Positions 1 to 12,642 of a DNA stretch of 64,000 nt are shown here, piece after piece. The DNA comes from Nitrospirales bacterium (lineage in GTDB: Bacteria; Nitrospirota; Nitrospiria; Nitrospirales; UBA8639). The stretch covers positions 288,001-352,000 of the forward strand of contig CBDBCZ010000017.1 of the NCBI GenBank assembly GCA_965203295.1, read 5' to 3'. Within the stretch, counting starts at the first letter, position 1, and the number at the start of each line of letters is the position of its first letter. Made by a program: the position numbers and the translations under genes. Below the pieces are notes generated by a model that saw nothing but the letters and a program-made list of their open reading frames with translations, searched no databases and had not been told where the DNA came from.

Positions 1-556
1 TTATAGGTCCGAATTTATTAACAACTATAATATAAACCTTGTGGATTAAAGCTGACATTAATGACAACTTGGTCAACTACTATAACAGTCACCATTTCAA
101 ATCTCCTTTCAACACACAGAGCCACATACATAACAAAATTAATGGGCTTCAAATGGATAACAGTAGCTAGCTAGCTACCATTACAGTAATGTGAAGTTCT
201 GGGTGAACTGGATTTATAATAACCATGCATGCTTGGATTTACCATTAGTATAGCTAAATATTTAGCTAGTAACCTCCATCCCTACATCTTTTGAAATTTT
301 TTTGAAATTTTTTCATTTCCCTGATCATGAGATTGCCAAAGCATCACTAGCTGTGCAGAGTCTGACCTATTATCCAGAATAGCAGTCTGTCCCAGAGGAA
401 AGTATATCGTGCTGTGATCCTAGGAGTATTACTATATAACAACAGGTGTCTTAAGTGAATGCAAAGCACAACAGTGCATTGGTCGTATCACCAATGTGAT
501 GTCAGAAGGAGATTTGGAGAGGAGAAGATTCTCAAGGGTGTGATGATGGCAAGGGG

Positions 557-1030
557 CAACACTACTGGTCACTGCTGACTTGCCAGAGGATCTACAACCA
601 ATCACCATCAGAGGGACTCCATTGAGGCTGTGTCTAAGTTTAAGTACATGTACCTTGGTTCAATTGTGGAGGTGCAAGGAGAGGTGCTGAAGGCCGGACG
701 CGGAGAGCAGGATTGCCAAAGCATCACTGTGCAGAGTCTGACCTATTATCCAGAATAGCAGTCTGTCCCAGAGGAAAGTATATCGTGCTGTGATCCTGGG
801 AGTATTACTATATGGGGCTGAGGCATGGGTGAATAAGAGAGTTGCCACAAGGAAGCTGGGGTCCTTTATCAACAGGTGTCTTAGGTGAATGCAAAGCACA
901 ACAGTGCATTGGTCGTATCACCAATGTGATGTCAGAAGGAGATTTGGAGAGGAGAAGATTCTCAAGGATGTGGTGATGGCAAGGGGCTACGTTGGCTGGG
1001 TCATGTTGGCATGCTTGCATGGATACAAAA
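557..1030 (+). mobile_element. Degenerate LINE (RTE/CR1-like) reverse transcriptase C-terminal remnant; partial extra copy at 329-556
   Basis: Broken frames read IEAVSKFKY(MY)LGSIVEVQGEVLK and KVYRAVILGVLLYGAEAWVNKRVATRKLGSFINRCLR, matching the F.YLG and LLYG.E.W motifs of non-LTR RT; frameshifted. Confidence 0.75.
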
Positions 1031-1942
1031 TTAAGCTAAAGCCTTCTGGAGAGGACATGTCCATAAGGAGGCACCATACATTAAATTTTCGCATATATAG
1101 GAATGATGCCGATTGGGCTGGTAAGGGTGCCTGCATGGTGATAGCTCATGATCATTAGTGTGGAAGGGGCCAAAAATTTGTTGACCCGCCTCAGTTTCCA
1201 TTTTGAGGCACTTTTAAACATGACTGAATGCTCTGATGCTGAAACCATATTACTTTGTGTCTCAAAATGCTTAAAATAGTCACCACCACCACTTTGTCAA
1301 TCAATGTGACTACTAGCTATGTTATAGTAGCTTATTAGCTAACTATACATACACGGTGATGAAGACAGAAAATTACAATAGCTGGGAACTATTATAGCTA
1401 ATAATTTGAAAATCTCCATCAAATTAATTTATGTTAGTGACTAAAGCAGAATGAAATATTGGTGGCATTGCATCACTCTCCCTTAGATTGACCACTTACT
1501 AGGTGATGAGTGGGTTAATTAATTAAATGACGTTGCCAGGACGTTTTACCAAATTGCAAGCTTAGGTTCTTAAATTGGCTGTAAGTATCTACCTAGCTAG
1601 CTAGCTCCGGCCATGGGCAAACTGATTATCTATGGACTACATGTAGCAACTACCAAACTCAATCTAGCTAACAGTAGTGAAATTTCTGGTGCAGCACTAT
1701 TATCCATTGGGAAGTAAATTATTCCCAAACTTCACGACGACTCAGGCCATATATAGTGCTATACCAAAAGATTAATTTGTAACGTATATTTTCACTTGTA
1801 ATGTTCGAAAAACGGCAATTTTATCTTGGCTACACCCACCTGTCTTGTAAAAGTGTATTTCCACTCAGGCCTTCAACATCGATCACTCACGAAATGTATC
1901 TCACATTTCAACAAACACACAATTAAACCTAAAGTCTCCAGC

Positions 1943-1996
<54 letters not shown>

Positions 1997-2422
1997 CCAA
2001 TCTTAACCCCGCCGCTTGCGCACGTGGTAATAAGCCACTACCGGAAACTACATCTCGGACTCTGACCCCGGATCTGGAATGGCTTCCGTATGATATTACG
2101 CAAAATAAACTTGAAGAAAAAATAAACACTTGCGTGACTCTGCAAAGTATAATACTACTCTCACTCTTCCAGACCGGTAAGAGCAGTGTATTAGTTATTA
2201 TTGTCATAATCAAGCTTTCTGAAAGTTAATGTCTTCATTCGTTTTGCTCTAGAGTATTTTTTTTGAATTACTGTTTCATCGTGTATAGACATTGCTGAGA
2301 ACCGCAAAGACAGCTATTTCATCTGTGGGAACGGAAACATTTAAGGTTCTCGACTCAGTAAGTAGCCGCGTTTAATACTTAGAAAATTGGATATACTGCA
2401 CGCCGAGCTACAGTGGATTAGC

Positions 2423-2528
2423 TATCTCGTTCCCAGGCTCTTCTGCCCAGTTTTATTTCGCACGGTCTGACCGCGTGCGTGCGAAGCGGCGAAAAAAAGC
2501 TGGGCAGAGGAGGCTGCAAACGAGGCTA
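2423..2528. mobile_element. Short palindromic MITE, TAGCCTCGTTCCCAGG-type (copy at ~12377-12482)
   Basis: TATCTCGTTCCCAGGCTCTTCTGCCCAG ... CTGGGCAGAGGAGGCTGCAAACGAGGCTA imperfect inverted ends. Confidence 0.6.
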
Positions 2529-2688
2529 ATCTACAGCGCATGTATGCATAAATTGCGCAATATACTTAGTACAATCATAACAACGCGCTGTGTGTAGGGT
2601 TATTTTACAGCTCTTCCGTCCGACACTATTCAGAACGCGAAAGGTTACCTTCACTGGAGCTCAAGCTTTAACACATGCACTAGGCGCG

Positions 2689-4270
2689 ATGTTGGCTCTC
2701 CGTGTGTTAGCAGCTGCCCCCCGGGCTGCAAGAATGTGCGGGGCCCCCCAGAGGCTGTTCACCCGCAAGTTCAGCCCCCTGGCAAGCCGTTGGTACAACA
2801 AACAGCCGGAGAAGAGTCCGATGATCACTAAGAGGATGAGCTCACAGTCAGGTCAGTGCATGACTGTATATTATGATTATTCTCACTTCTAAATTATAAT
2901 TCACAACTTACTTTTTTCTGCCTTTTTAAAAAAATATCCGATATTAGCTAATTGTTAAAAAAAGGCAAAAAAAAAAAGTAAAAAAAGATTTTAAGTAAGA
3001 ATTATTGGTAGAACTCCTGTTACCATAAGACCCTTATTGTATGCATGTCCGGATGCACATATATAATAAAACCACGCACTGTGTTGGCATGCATGCATGG
3101 ATTACTTTGCCTTTTAATATCTGTTGGTCAAGGACCATTCAAGTCTAATTAGTAAATGCATAATATACCTTTCATTGAAAACCAAAACAAACTTAACAGT
3201 CAGAATATCTTTTCTTACAATGACAGAGAGTACACTGATGCCAGCAATACCAACGTCGACGACTGACATCGCCATCAAATATATCAACGATACTGGTTCT
3301 ACTGATTTTTCAGTAGTAGTGTTCACGAAGAACTTCAGTGTTGATACTCCTGAGGTATACTTTGCAGCCTGGGAAGTTATCCGCGTCCAATCTTCCTCTG
3401 AATTTATATACCCTATATCAACATCTATTGGAGCAAGTTATCTGCTTGGTTATCAGTTCAACACGATGGGACCCTTTGGTGCTGTGCTGGGATCAACCTG
3501 GGAAATTAATCAGGATAATAAGGCGAACACTCCGGTTTTAAGTCCAGGTTTGTATACGCATGCAGTGTGATCGATCGTTGGATGTGCCCAAGAGCTTGCC
3601 TACGTACATAAAGTTTATAATGCCACATGTTTATAATAGCTTCATAGTTAGCTATTTATTGCTATATATTTGTCATTATTTGCCCTTAGCTTTTGGATTT
3701 CTGTGCTTGCATGCAAGTCCAACTTCCCTCTCAACACAGTCCCTGAAATATAGACCTTGAGCTCGAATTATCCATGGCTAATTGGCCAGTGGCTTGTATA
3801 CCAGGCCAGCATCACCTTTGCTCTCCCATAGAAGCTCAATAATGACATGTCTCCCATTATTATAATAGCTAGTAATGTATATAATCAGCACGTTGAAGTA
3901 GGTCATGGTTTTCCTTGCAGTGACTGCTCTTCCCAATCCCAACAATACCATCGTGGTGAAGAATACACCTCCTCTCGGTGGTACATGGAGTGGTCGAACG
4001 TACGATGTCTCTCTGTACAAGAGTGGTAAACTGTTGGTGACCCAGAGAGATGTGCACGTTGGCAGCCAAGCTGACATAGAGCTGCAACCGAAACTTTTCT
4101 TTGGAGTTGTTAGCAATCTTCACATTGGAGAAGTATTTACATCTCTCAACATAACCGAAGCGCTTACAGAGTTTGACCTCAGCCAGTTCCCCAATGGCCT
4201 GATGGTGACCCTCACCCAGGAGCCAGTTGGAGGCCAGTACACGTTTACTGGAGGACAAATGCCAGCTTAA
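2689..4270 (+). CDS. Gene A1: 277-aa protein, mitochondrial-presequence-like N-terminus plus uncharacterised beta-rich domain; exons 2689-2851, 3227-3547, 3921-4270
   Basis: GT-AG introns, both phase 1, give one continuous frame. Exon 1 MLALRVLAAAPRAARMCGAPQRLFTRKFSPLASRWY is Arg/Ala/Ser-rich and almost free of acidic residues. Exon 2/3 sizes (321/350 nt) equal those of paralog B. Confidence 0.85.
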
Positions 4271-4489
4271 AATGACCCAAATATTGAAGATGTGCGCATT
4301 GTTTAATTCTTTGAAACCCTTTAGGTCGTAGCTAGTTTATTTAGTGACTTTTAATTTTTCTGTTTTTTAATGAGTTTGATTTTAGATTGAAACACATGCA
4401 ATTATAGCTATAATTGCTTGTTTATAATAATTATGTTATGAGTTGGCTACTCATGCAGCTGCTTCCTCCTTTCTGTAGGTAGCTACCAG

Positions 4490-4824
4490 CTGTTTCCTCC
4501 ATGCCTTGGGCTAATACTAGCTGTTTCCTCTACACTGTGGGCACCCCATTCCTTCATGCCTTGGGCTAATACTAGCTGTTTCCTCTACACTGTGGGCACC
4601 CCATTCCTCCATGCCTTGGGCTAATACTAGCTGTTTCCTCTACACTGTGGGCACCCCATTCCTCCATGCCTTGGGCTAATACTAGCTGTTTCCTCTACAC
4701 TGTGGGCACCCCATTCCTCCATGCCTTGGGCTAATACTAGCTGTTTCCTCTACACTGTGGGCACCCCATTCCTCCATGCCTTGGGCTAATACTAGCTGTT
4801 TCCTCTACACTGTGGGCACCCCAT
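4490..4824. repeat. 55-bp minisatellite, ~6 copies (also ~14481-14817)
   Basis: Unit CTAGCTGTTTCCTCTACACTGTGGGCACCCCATTCCTCCATGCCTTGGGCTAATA at 4517, 4572, 4627, 4682, 4737, 4792. Confidence 0.95.
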
Positions 4825-6049
4825 ATAGCTGACTAATGCACCTCTAGTTGTATCAGCCTAGCAGTGTGTGTGTGCATGTGGTTGCCAGGCAATTAATTAG
4901 GACTTTAGCGTAGCAAAGCTAACAGCTGTTTGTAATTTCACCTGTATATGGGTGGGTTACTATATAAGGTATATTATGTGCTCTGGCACAGTACATACTG
5001 TGGTACAATGAATCAGGTGATTTCTTACATCTTACTTCAGGGCATCCAGATCGTGTAATTATAGATCCAAATCTATTATCAACAACTATTAATTAACCCT
5101 ACACATTACCTAATGACAGTCTGGTCAACTACAGTCACCATTTCAAATCTCCTTTCAATATTCAGAGCCACATACCAAAACAAATGGGCTTGAAATGGGC
5201 AAAGTAGCTAGCTGCCAAAGTAATGTGAGAGTTGGGAGAACTGCATGGACTTTATATAGCTAAAGATTTACGTACCATTAGTATAGCTTATATTATATTA
5301 TAATTATGTTTAGTAACATTCATCTTGCTGACACAGTAAGCTGGCTACCTAGCTACACCATGCATCCTGATCACCATGGATCGACCAGGTTACTTCCTAG
5401 TATCCCAAATTAATGTTTGCTTCAAAAATCTCATCATGGCGCCACTGTACGACAAAAAAAAAAAGACGGAAAAAAAATTTGGCTTGGGGTGAGGCACTAG
5501 CGCACTACGCGCACACCGGAAACTACATGTCGGACCCCGAATGTTTCCGGTACTGGCATATTTAAAGTAACACGAAAACGCTGCGCCAGCAGAGTGTTAT
5601 TCGGTGCGACTATTACTCGTACGGTAAGAAAAGAACGTTCTTTCTGAAAGAAACTTTCGGCGCTGCATTCCTTCAGTGAATGCACGCTGTAACTTCCACT
5701 GGTGTGACTGTAAAATTTATCAAAATTGTTTTCACCTTGTAGCTAAACAGACATCGCCGAAAACTGCAAGGACAGCGATTGCAACTGATTCCTGAAAAGA
5801 AACTCTCAGTAAGTAGCCGTTACTTTAATTTTTTAAAAAAATTGAATACGTGTAACTTTACAGTTACTGTAACTGTTTTTTTATTATTAAATTTTCCTGA
5901 ACTTCACTTTAACATTTTGGCGAGTTTAATACTATTAGACCCTTACAATTAATTGTCAGACTGGGTTCATGCATTCGCAACTATATACGGTTCTTTCAAT
6001 AGTTACTGTATCTTATGACACACACAGAACCCGAAAGGTCACAGGCGCG

Positions 6050-7475
6050 ATGTTGGCTCTCCGTGTGTTAGTATCCGCCCCTCGGGCTGCAAGAATGTGC
6101 GGGGTTCCTCAGAGGCAGTTCACCCGCAAGTTCAGCCCCCTGGCAAGCCGTTGGTACAACAAACAGCCGGGGAAGAGTCCGATGATCCCTAAAAGCATGA
6201 GCTCAGGTCAGTGACTGCGCGTTTATTGTATATCTATCGAGTGGAGCTCTTATATTAATAAACTATAATAGTACTGCATAAAAACGTGTATAATAGAGAA
6301 TTAATCTACAAGAGGTAGGTGTTATTATAATAAATACTGAAGGTATGGCACTTCCATGATGCCTGGCACTTCACATGCATGCAGGCACTGACATACAGCA
6401 TTTGCATGATATATATACTGCAGCAATTGTCAGGACTACATGATTGTAAAATTACAAGTAAGTGTATCCTGACGTTTTTGACACACTCATGGCCTTTAAA
6501 CTGACCACCAAGCATTCAAACACGATTTTCCTTTGTTACTATGTACTACATGGATTGATGTATATATGTGTTTTCTTACATTAACAGCTAAAACACTGTC
6601 GGCGGCTATGTCATCGGCTGTTACTAACATCGAAATCATGTACGTCAATAATACTGGTTCTACTGATTTCGCGACAGTGGTGTTCACAAAGAACTTCAAC
6701 GTCAACACTCCTGAGGTAGTCTATGCAGCCTGGGAAGTCATTCGTGTCCAAACTTCCTCCAAATTTGTATACCCTATATCAACATCTATTGGAGCAACTT
6801 ATCAACTTCGTGATCAACACAACACGATGGGACCCTTTGGTGCTGTGCTGGGATCAACCTGGGAAATTAATCAGGATAATAAAGCAACCACTCCGGTTTT
6901 ACAGTCAGGTTTGTGTACAGCGTGATGTGTTACTACATTAATTACCTATTACCCAATTAGAATAATAAGCACTTCCAAGGTTTTCTTTTCTTGACTATAA
7001 GTTAGTAACTACAATTGGTTCACATAATACCATTCCAGAATACATAGGAGTGCATTGATAAATAGCTAAATGCCTGACACTGTATGATCGTACCAAATGA
7101 GGTAATGTTCTTCCTTGAATTGCAGTGAATGCTGTTCCCAATCCCAACAATACTATTGTGGTGAAGAACGTACCTCCTCGGGGTGGTACATGGACCGGTC
7201 GAATGTATGATGTCTCTCTGTACAAGAGTGGTAAGCTGTTGGTGACCCAGAAAGATGTGCACGTTGGCAGCCAAGCTGACATAGAGCTGCAGCCAAAAGT
7301 TTTCTTTGGAGTGGTTCGCAACATACAAGTTGGAGACGTATTTAAATCTCTCGACATAACCGAAGGGCTTACCCAGTTTGACCTCAGCCAGTTTCCTGGT
7401 GGCCTAAAGGTGACCCTTGACCAGGAGGCAGTTGGAGGCCAGTACACGTTTACTGGAGGACAACTCCCAGCTTAA
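6050..7475 (+). CDS. Gene B1: 275-aa paralog of A; exons 6050-6206, 6588-6908, 7126-7475
   Basis: Same exon structure and phases as A1; conserved protein (VVFTKNF, AAWEVIRVQ, YDVSLYKSGKLLVTQ, ELQPK.FFGVV) with diverged introns. Confidence 0.85.
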
Positions 7476-8319
7476 AAACTGTTATACTTAATATGTGAAT
7501 GTTGTTAGAAAGGCTGTTCATAATATAGCTAGCTTATATAGTCGCTTTTCTTGAGTTCAATCATTACAATGATCACTTTTGCTGTTTTATAGTTATGATT
7601 GATGAATGAATGCAGTTGCGAGTTACTTTGGAGTGTATTGTAACTATGCAGCTATGCATGTAAAAATGTTTATATACACATACATCTGTTGCCATTGTTG
7701 TTACAAATCAGATCTGGGAATCAGATAAGATATTCGATTACAGCACAATGGTCTGTTGCTACATCATATGGGTGTGTATCAGATTAAACCATGCAGGAAT
7801 CCTTCCGAATCTCAGTCTTCCTGACTGAGTTTGGGTAGGAGACTATGGAGAAGCCAACTAAATCACAACCAAGCTAACACTGAGGTTGGATACTGGATAT
7901 TTTTTTAAAAAAATGATCCGATGCCCTGGATGTATGTTCTATAGAACAGAAGTACATGTAAACTTGTAGGTATTTACTACTCTTACCAAGATGAGGGTGT
8001 GGCATAGCAGTTATAAATTGTGGAACGCAGGAGAAGCTGTGAAAGTTGGCTTTCAAGTCTGGGGTTACTACACTTTATCATTTGCCTCGTATACCTTAGT
8101 TAAAGCAACGAATGAAGCGGTTAGTACAGTTGCAGTGAGTACTGTACTAGCTCAGACTCAAATTGTTTATGCCATACTTCAAACTCTTGTGTACCAACAA
8201 TTGTGTTGTAGAGTAATTCTATTATTGTGTGCCTGCATGTTAAATATTGGTGTGCATCTCATGATTAAAATTATTAAGGCTGTTTCTGCCTTACCCTTGT
8301 ATACTTTTCTTAGAATCAA

Positions 8320-8685
8320 GTAACATGTGTGGTTTCTATAGGAGGAAAAGCAGAGGAAAAGGTATTCAATCCCTCAAGTTAACTACATGTGTGGCTTCTA
8401 GCATAAGAAAAGGTATCAAATTATGTGTGGTTTCTATAGGAGGAAAAGCAGAGGAAAAGGTATTCAATCCCTCAAGTTAACTACATGTGTGGTTTCTATC
8501 ATGAGAAAAGGTATTCAATTCCTCAAATTATGTGTGGTTTCTATAGGAGGAAAAGCAGAGGAAAAGGTATTCAATCCCTCAAGTTACAGGTGTGGTTTCT
8601 AGCATGATAGGAAAAGCAGAGGGAAAAGGTCTTCAAGTTACATGTATCATTTCTAGCAAAAAAAAAGAAGTATTCAATTCCTAAG
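8320..8685. repeat. Degenerate ~40-60 bp tandem repeat (TGTGTGGTTTCTATAGGAGGAAAAGCAGAGGAAAAGGTATTCAATCCCTCAAGTT)
   Basis: Repeated blocks visible directly. Confidence 0.85.
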
Positions 8686-8974
8686 TAGTTACCATCTGGT
8701 AGCTATAGTCACTGGAAGCAATATTGCCTCCATGAAAATTATAAGAGTAGCTATGCCATGAACATTTGGCAAAGAACTCCCTGCAACTGAGCTAACCATT
8801 CCATTAAATAAAGTTTTTTCTGCAGTGCATGCAACACGTGTTCCAGGTCCTTTAGTAGAAAAAGACCACACCAAAATACTCATTCAGACCCGGCCAGCCC
8901 TGTTTAAGCTCAGTCTGCTTTGTGGCAGAAAGGCATCGCCTACAATAGGTGGCTTTCTTTCAAGTTTCAAGGTG

Positions 8975-9098
<124 letters not shown>

Positions 9099-9340
9099 AG
9101 CAAGCACTGCAAGGTGAGGGTTTAGTAATGCTCCACCCTCTAAGGTTGGGCCGAGGGCCACTCAGTGACGTGATATGGTAGCAAAACAGGGAAGGGACAG
9201 CTAGTCCTACGTCTGTTTACATGATCATGCCTGTGTGTTTATTGCTGGTTACTAGGCCACTGGAAGCAGTGCAACCAGTGATGCTCCAGTCTTCTTCAGC
9301 TTGCTGTACCGCACTACCTGTGTCGCACTGTGCATGGGGG

Positions 9341-9563
9341 TAGTCTCGTGACCAAATGTAGACCATTGATTCAGAAACGGTGGTCTGGGATCATTTCTAT
9401 GTCAAATTTGCTCTCAGACTGCCGTAATGAGATTTATTTATCCTTACGTACATGACGTCGACGTATTCTAATTCCTGCCACAGCTATGGATGCGGCAGGA
9501 TAATTTGAAATAGCAATGATCCCAGACCACCGTTTTTTTTTGCGTGGTCTGGTCACAAGACTA
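9341..9563. mobile_element. MITE-like element with TA-flanked inverted ends
   Basis: TAGTCTCGTGACCA ... TGGTCACAAGACTA ends, plus internal inverted ACGGTGGTCTGGGATCAT / ATGATCCCAGACCACCGT. Confidence 0.6.
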
Positions 9564-9944
9564 GCATGGGGGTTGGTGGACAGCTAGCTAACTGACAGAA
9601 TGACTGAGTTGGGGAGATACCAATTCCGGAGAGGATACGTTCACAAGGAGGCACCGTGCAGATTCCTGATGACAACAGTACGTTAACCTTTTATTGCGCG
9701 GTACTGTAGTTTAGCTGCGATCTGGAAGAAGTTCAATATTACTGCTCAGTCTGAGAAGTATTCACAATAAAATTTCATCCTTCTGCCTATTTTGCTTTGT
9801 TGGGTAAAATTGATAGCCCATTTTGCTTGCATAAGTGTTTATTCTTTTGGTTGCCTATTTTGCTCAAAATTCTGCTAGCAGATTGTGTCAAGGACTACTT
9901 GTGATCCCTGACTATAGAAGTACAGTATTGCCTTGACATATAGT

Positions 9945-10550
9945 GGTCCTTGAATAATAAGGACACACAATACTACTGACTTGCAGGTGCTCTGCCTTTT
10001 TCCGAGTGTTGTATACATACATATGTGTTCAGCAGGAAGTCCTTGAATAATAAGGACACACAATACTACTGACTTGCAGGTGCTCTGCCTTTTTCCGAGT
10101 GTTGTATACATACATATGTGTTCAGCAGGAAGTCCTTGAATAATAAGGACATACAAGACCACTGACTTGCAGGTGCTCTGCTGCCCTCTTTCGAGTGTTG
10201 TATGTGTACAGCTGGACCACCTTGAATAATAAGGACATGCAACACTACTGGTCTCTGCTGACTTGCCAGTGCTCTCGTTTCTTTTGAGTGTTACATGTGT
10301 ACAGCAAGATTACCTTGAATAATAAGGACATGCAACACTACTGGTCACTGCTGACTTGCCAGTGCTCTCGTTTCTATTGAGTGTTACATGTGTACAGCAA
10401 GATTACCTTGAATAATAAGGACGTGCAACACTACTGGTCACTGCTGACTTGCCAATACTCTGCCTTCTTCCGAGTGTTGTATGTGTACAGCAAGATTATA
10501 CCTTGAATAATAAGGACATGCAACACTACTGGTCACTGCTGACTTGCCAG
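9945..10550. repeat. ~87-94 bp minisatellite, ~6-7 degenerate copies, running into the LINE remnant
   Basis: CCTTGAATAATAAGGACA...ACTACT...GACTTGC recurs; the last unit is the start of duplication copy 2. Confidence 0.9.
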
Positions 10551-11860
10551 AGGATCTACAACCAATCACCATCAGAGGGACTCCATTGAGGCTGTGTCTA
10601 AGTTTAAGTACATGTACCTTGGTTCAATTGTGGAGGTGCAAGGAGAAGTGCTGAAGGCCGGACGCGGAGAGCAGGATTGCCAAAGCATCACTGTGCAGAG
10701 TCTGACCTATTATCCAGAATAGCAGTCTGTCCCGGAGGAAAGTATATCATGCTGTGATCCTAGGAGTATTACTATATAACAACAGGTGTCTTAAGTGAAT
10801 GCAAAGCACAACAGTGCATTGGTCGTATCACCAATGTGATGTCAGAAGGAGATTTGGAGAGGAGAAGATTCTCAAGGATGTGGTGATGGCAAGGGGCTAA
10901 GTTGGCTGGGTCATGTTGGCATGCTGCATGGATACAAAATTAAGCTAAAGCCTTCTGGAGAGGACATGTCCATAAGGAGGCACCATACATTAAATTTTCG
11001 CATATATGGGAATGATGCCGATTGGGCTGGTATGGGTGCCTGCATGGTGATAGCTCATGATCATTAGTGTGGAAGGGGCCAAAAATCCGTTGACCCGCCT
11101 CAGTTTCCATTTTGAGGCACTTTTAAACATGACTGAATGCTCTGATGCTGAAACCATATTACTTTGTGTCTCAAAATGCTTAAAATAGTCACCACCACCA
11201 CTTTGTCAATCAATGTGACTACTAGCTATGTTATAGTAGCTTATTAGCTAACTATACATACACGGTGATGAAGACAGAAAATTACAATAGCTGGGAACTA
11301 TTATAGCTAATAATTTGAAAATCTCCATCAAATTAATTTATGTTAGTGACTAAAGCAGAATGAAATATTGGTGGCATTGCATCACTCTCCCTTAGATTGA
11401 CCACTTACTAGGTGATGAGTGGGTTAATTAATTAAATGACGTTGCCAGGACGCTTTTACCAAATTGCAAGCTTAGGTTCTTAAATTGGCTGTAAGTATCT
11501 ACCTAGCTAGCTACATGTAGCTCCGGCCATGGGCAAACTGATTATCTATGGACTACATGTAGCAACTACCAAACTCAATCTAGCTAACAGTAGTGAAATT
11601 TCTGGTGCAGCACTATTATCCATTGGGCAGTAAATTATTCCCAAACTTCACGACGACTCAGGCCATATATAGTGCTATACCAGAAGATTAATTTGTAACG
11701 TATATTTTCACTTGTAATGTTCGAAAAACGGCAATTTTATCTTGGCTACACCCACCTGTCTTGTAAAAGTGTATTTCCACTCAGGCCTTCAACATCGATC
11801 ACTCACGAAATGTATCTCACATTTCAACAAACACACACAATTAAACCTAAAGTCTCCAGC

Positions 11861-11922
<62 letters not shown>

Positions 11923-12642
11923 CGACAGACAGACAGACAGACAGACAGACCCAATCTTAACCCCGCCGCTTGCGCACGTGGTAATAAGCCACCACCGGAA
12001 ACTACATCTCGGACTCTGACCCCGGATCTGGAATGGCTTCCGTATGATATTACGCAAAATAAACTTGAAGAAAAAATAAACACTTGCGTGACTCTGCAAA
12101 GTATAATACTACTCTCACTCTTCCAGACCGGTAAGAGCAGTGTATTAGTTATTATTGTCATAATCAAGCTTTCTGAAAGTTAATGTCTTCATTCGTTTTG
12201 CTCTAGAGTATTTTTTTTGAATTACTGTTTCATCGTGTATAGACATTGCTGAGAACCGCAAAGACAGCTATTTCATCTGTGGGAACGGAAACATTTAAGG
12301 TTCTCGACTCAGTAAGTGGCCGCGTTTAATACTTAGAAAATTGGATATACTGCACGCCGAGCTACAGTGGATTAGCTATCTCGTTCCCAGGCTCTTCTGC
12401 CCAGTTTTATTTCGCACGGTCTGACCGCGTGCGTGCGAAGCGGCGAAAAAAAGCTGGGCAGAGGAGGCTGCAAACGAGGCTAATCTACAGCGCATGTATG
12501 CATAAATTGCGCAATATACTTAGTACAATCATAACAACGCGCTGTGTGTAGGGTTATTTTACAGCTCTTCCGTCCGACACTATTCAGAACGCGAAAGGTT
12601 ACCTTCACTGGAGCTCAAGCTTTAACACATGCACTAGGCGCG

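Noticed and set aside
2644..2683. 40-nt GT-AG mini-intron before the gene A ATG
   Set aside because: Paralog B has only 7 nt at the same place; a simple indel explains it, and there is no transcript evidence
3778..4258. Minus-strand ORFs over A/B exon 3 (also 6995-7447, 13759-14251, 17006-17433)
   Set aside because: Antisense shadows of real exons; their end points differ between copies
4490..4824. Regular repeats resembling a CRISPR array (also 9945-10550, 28167-28513)
   Set aside because: Units are contiguous with no unique spacers, there are no cas genes, and the context is eukaryotic
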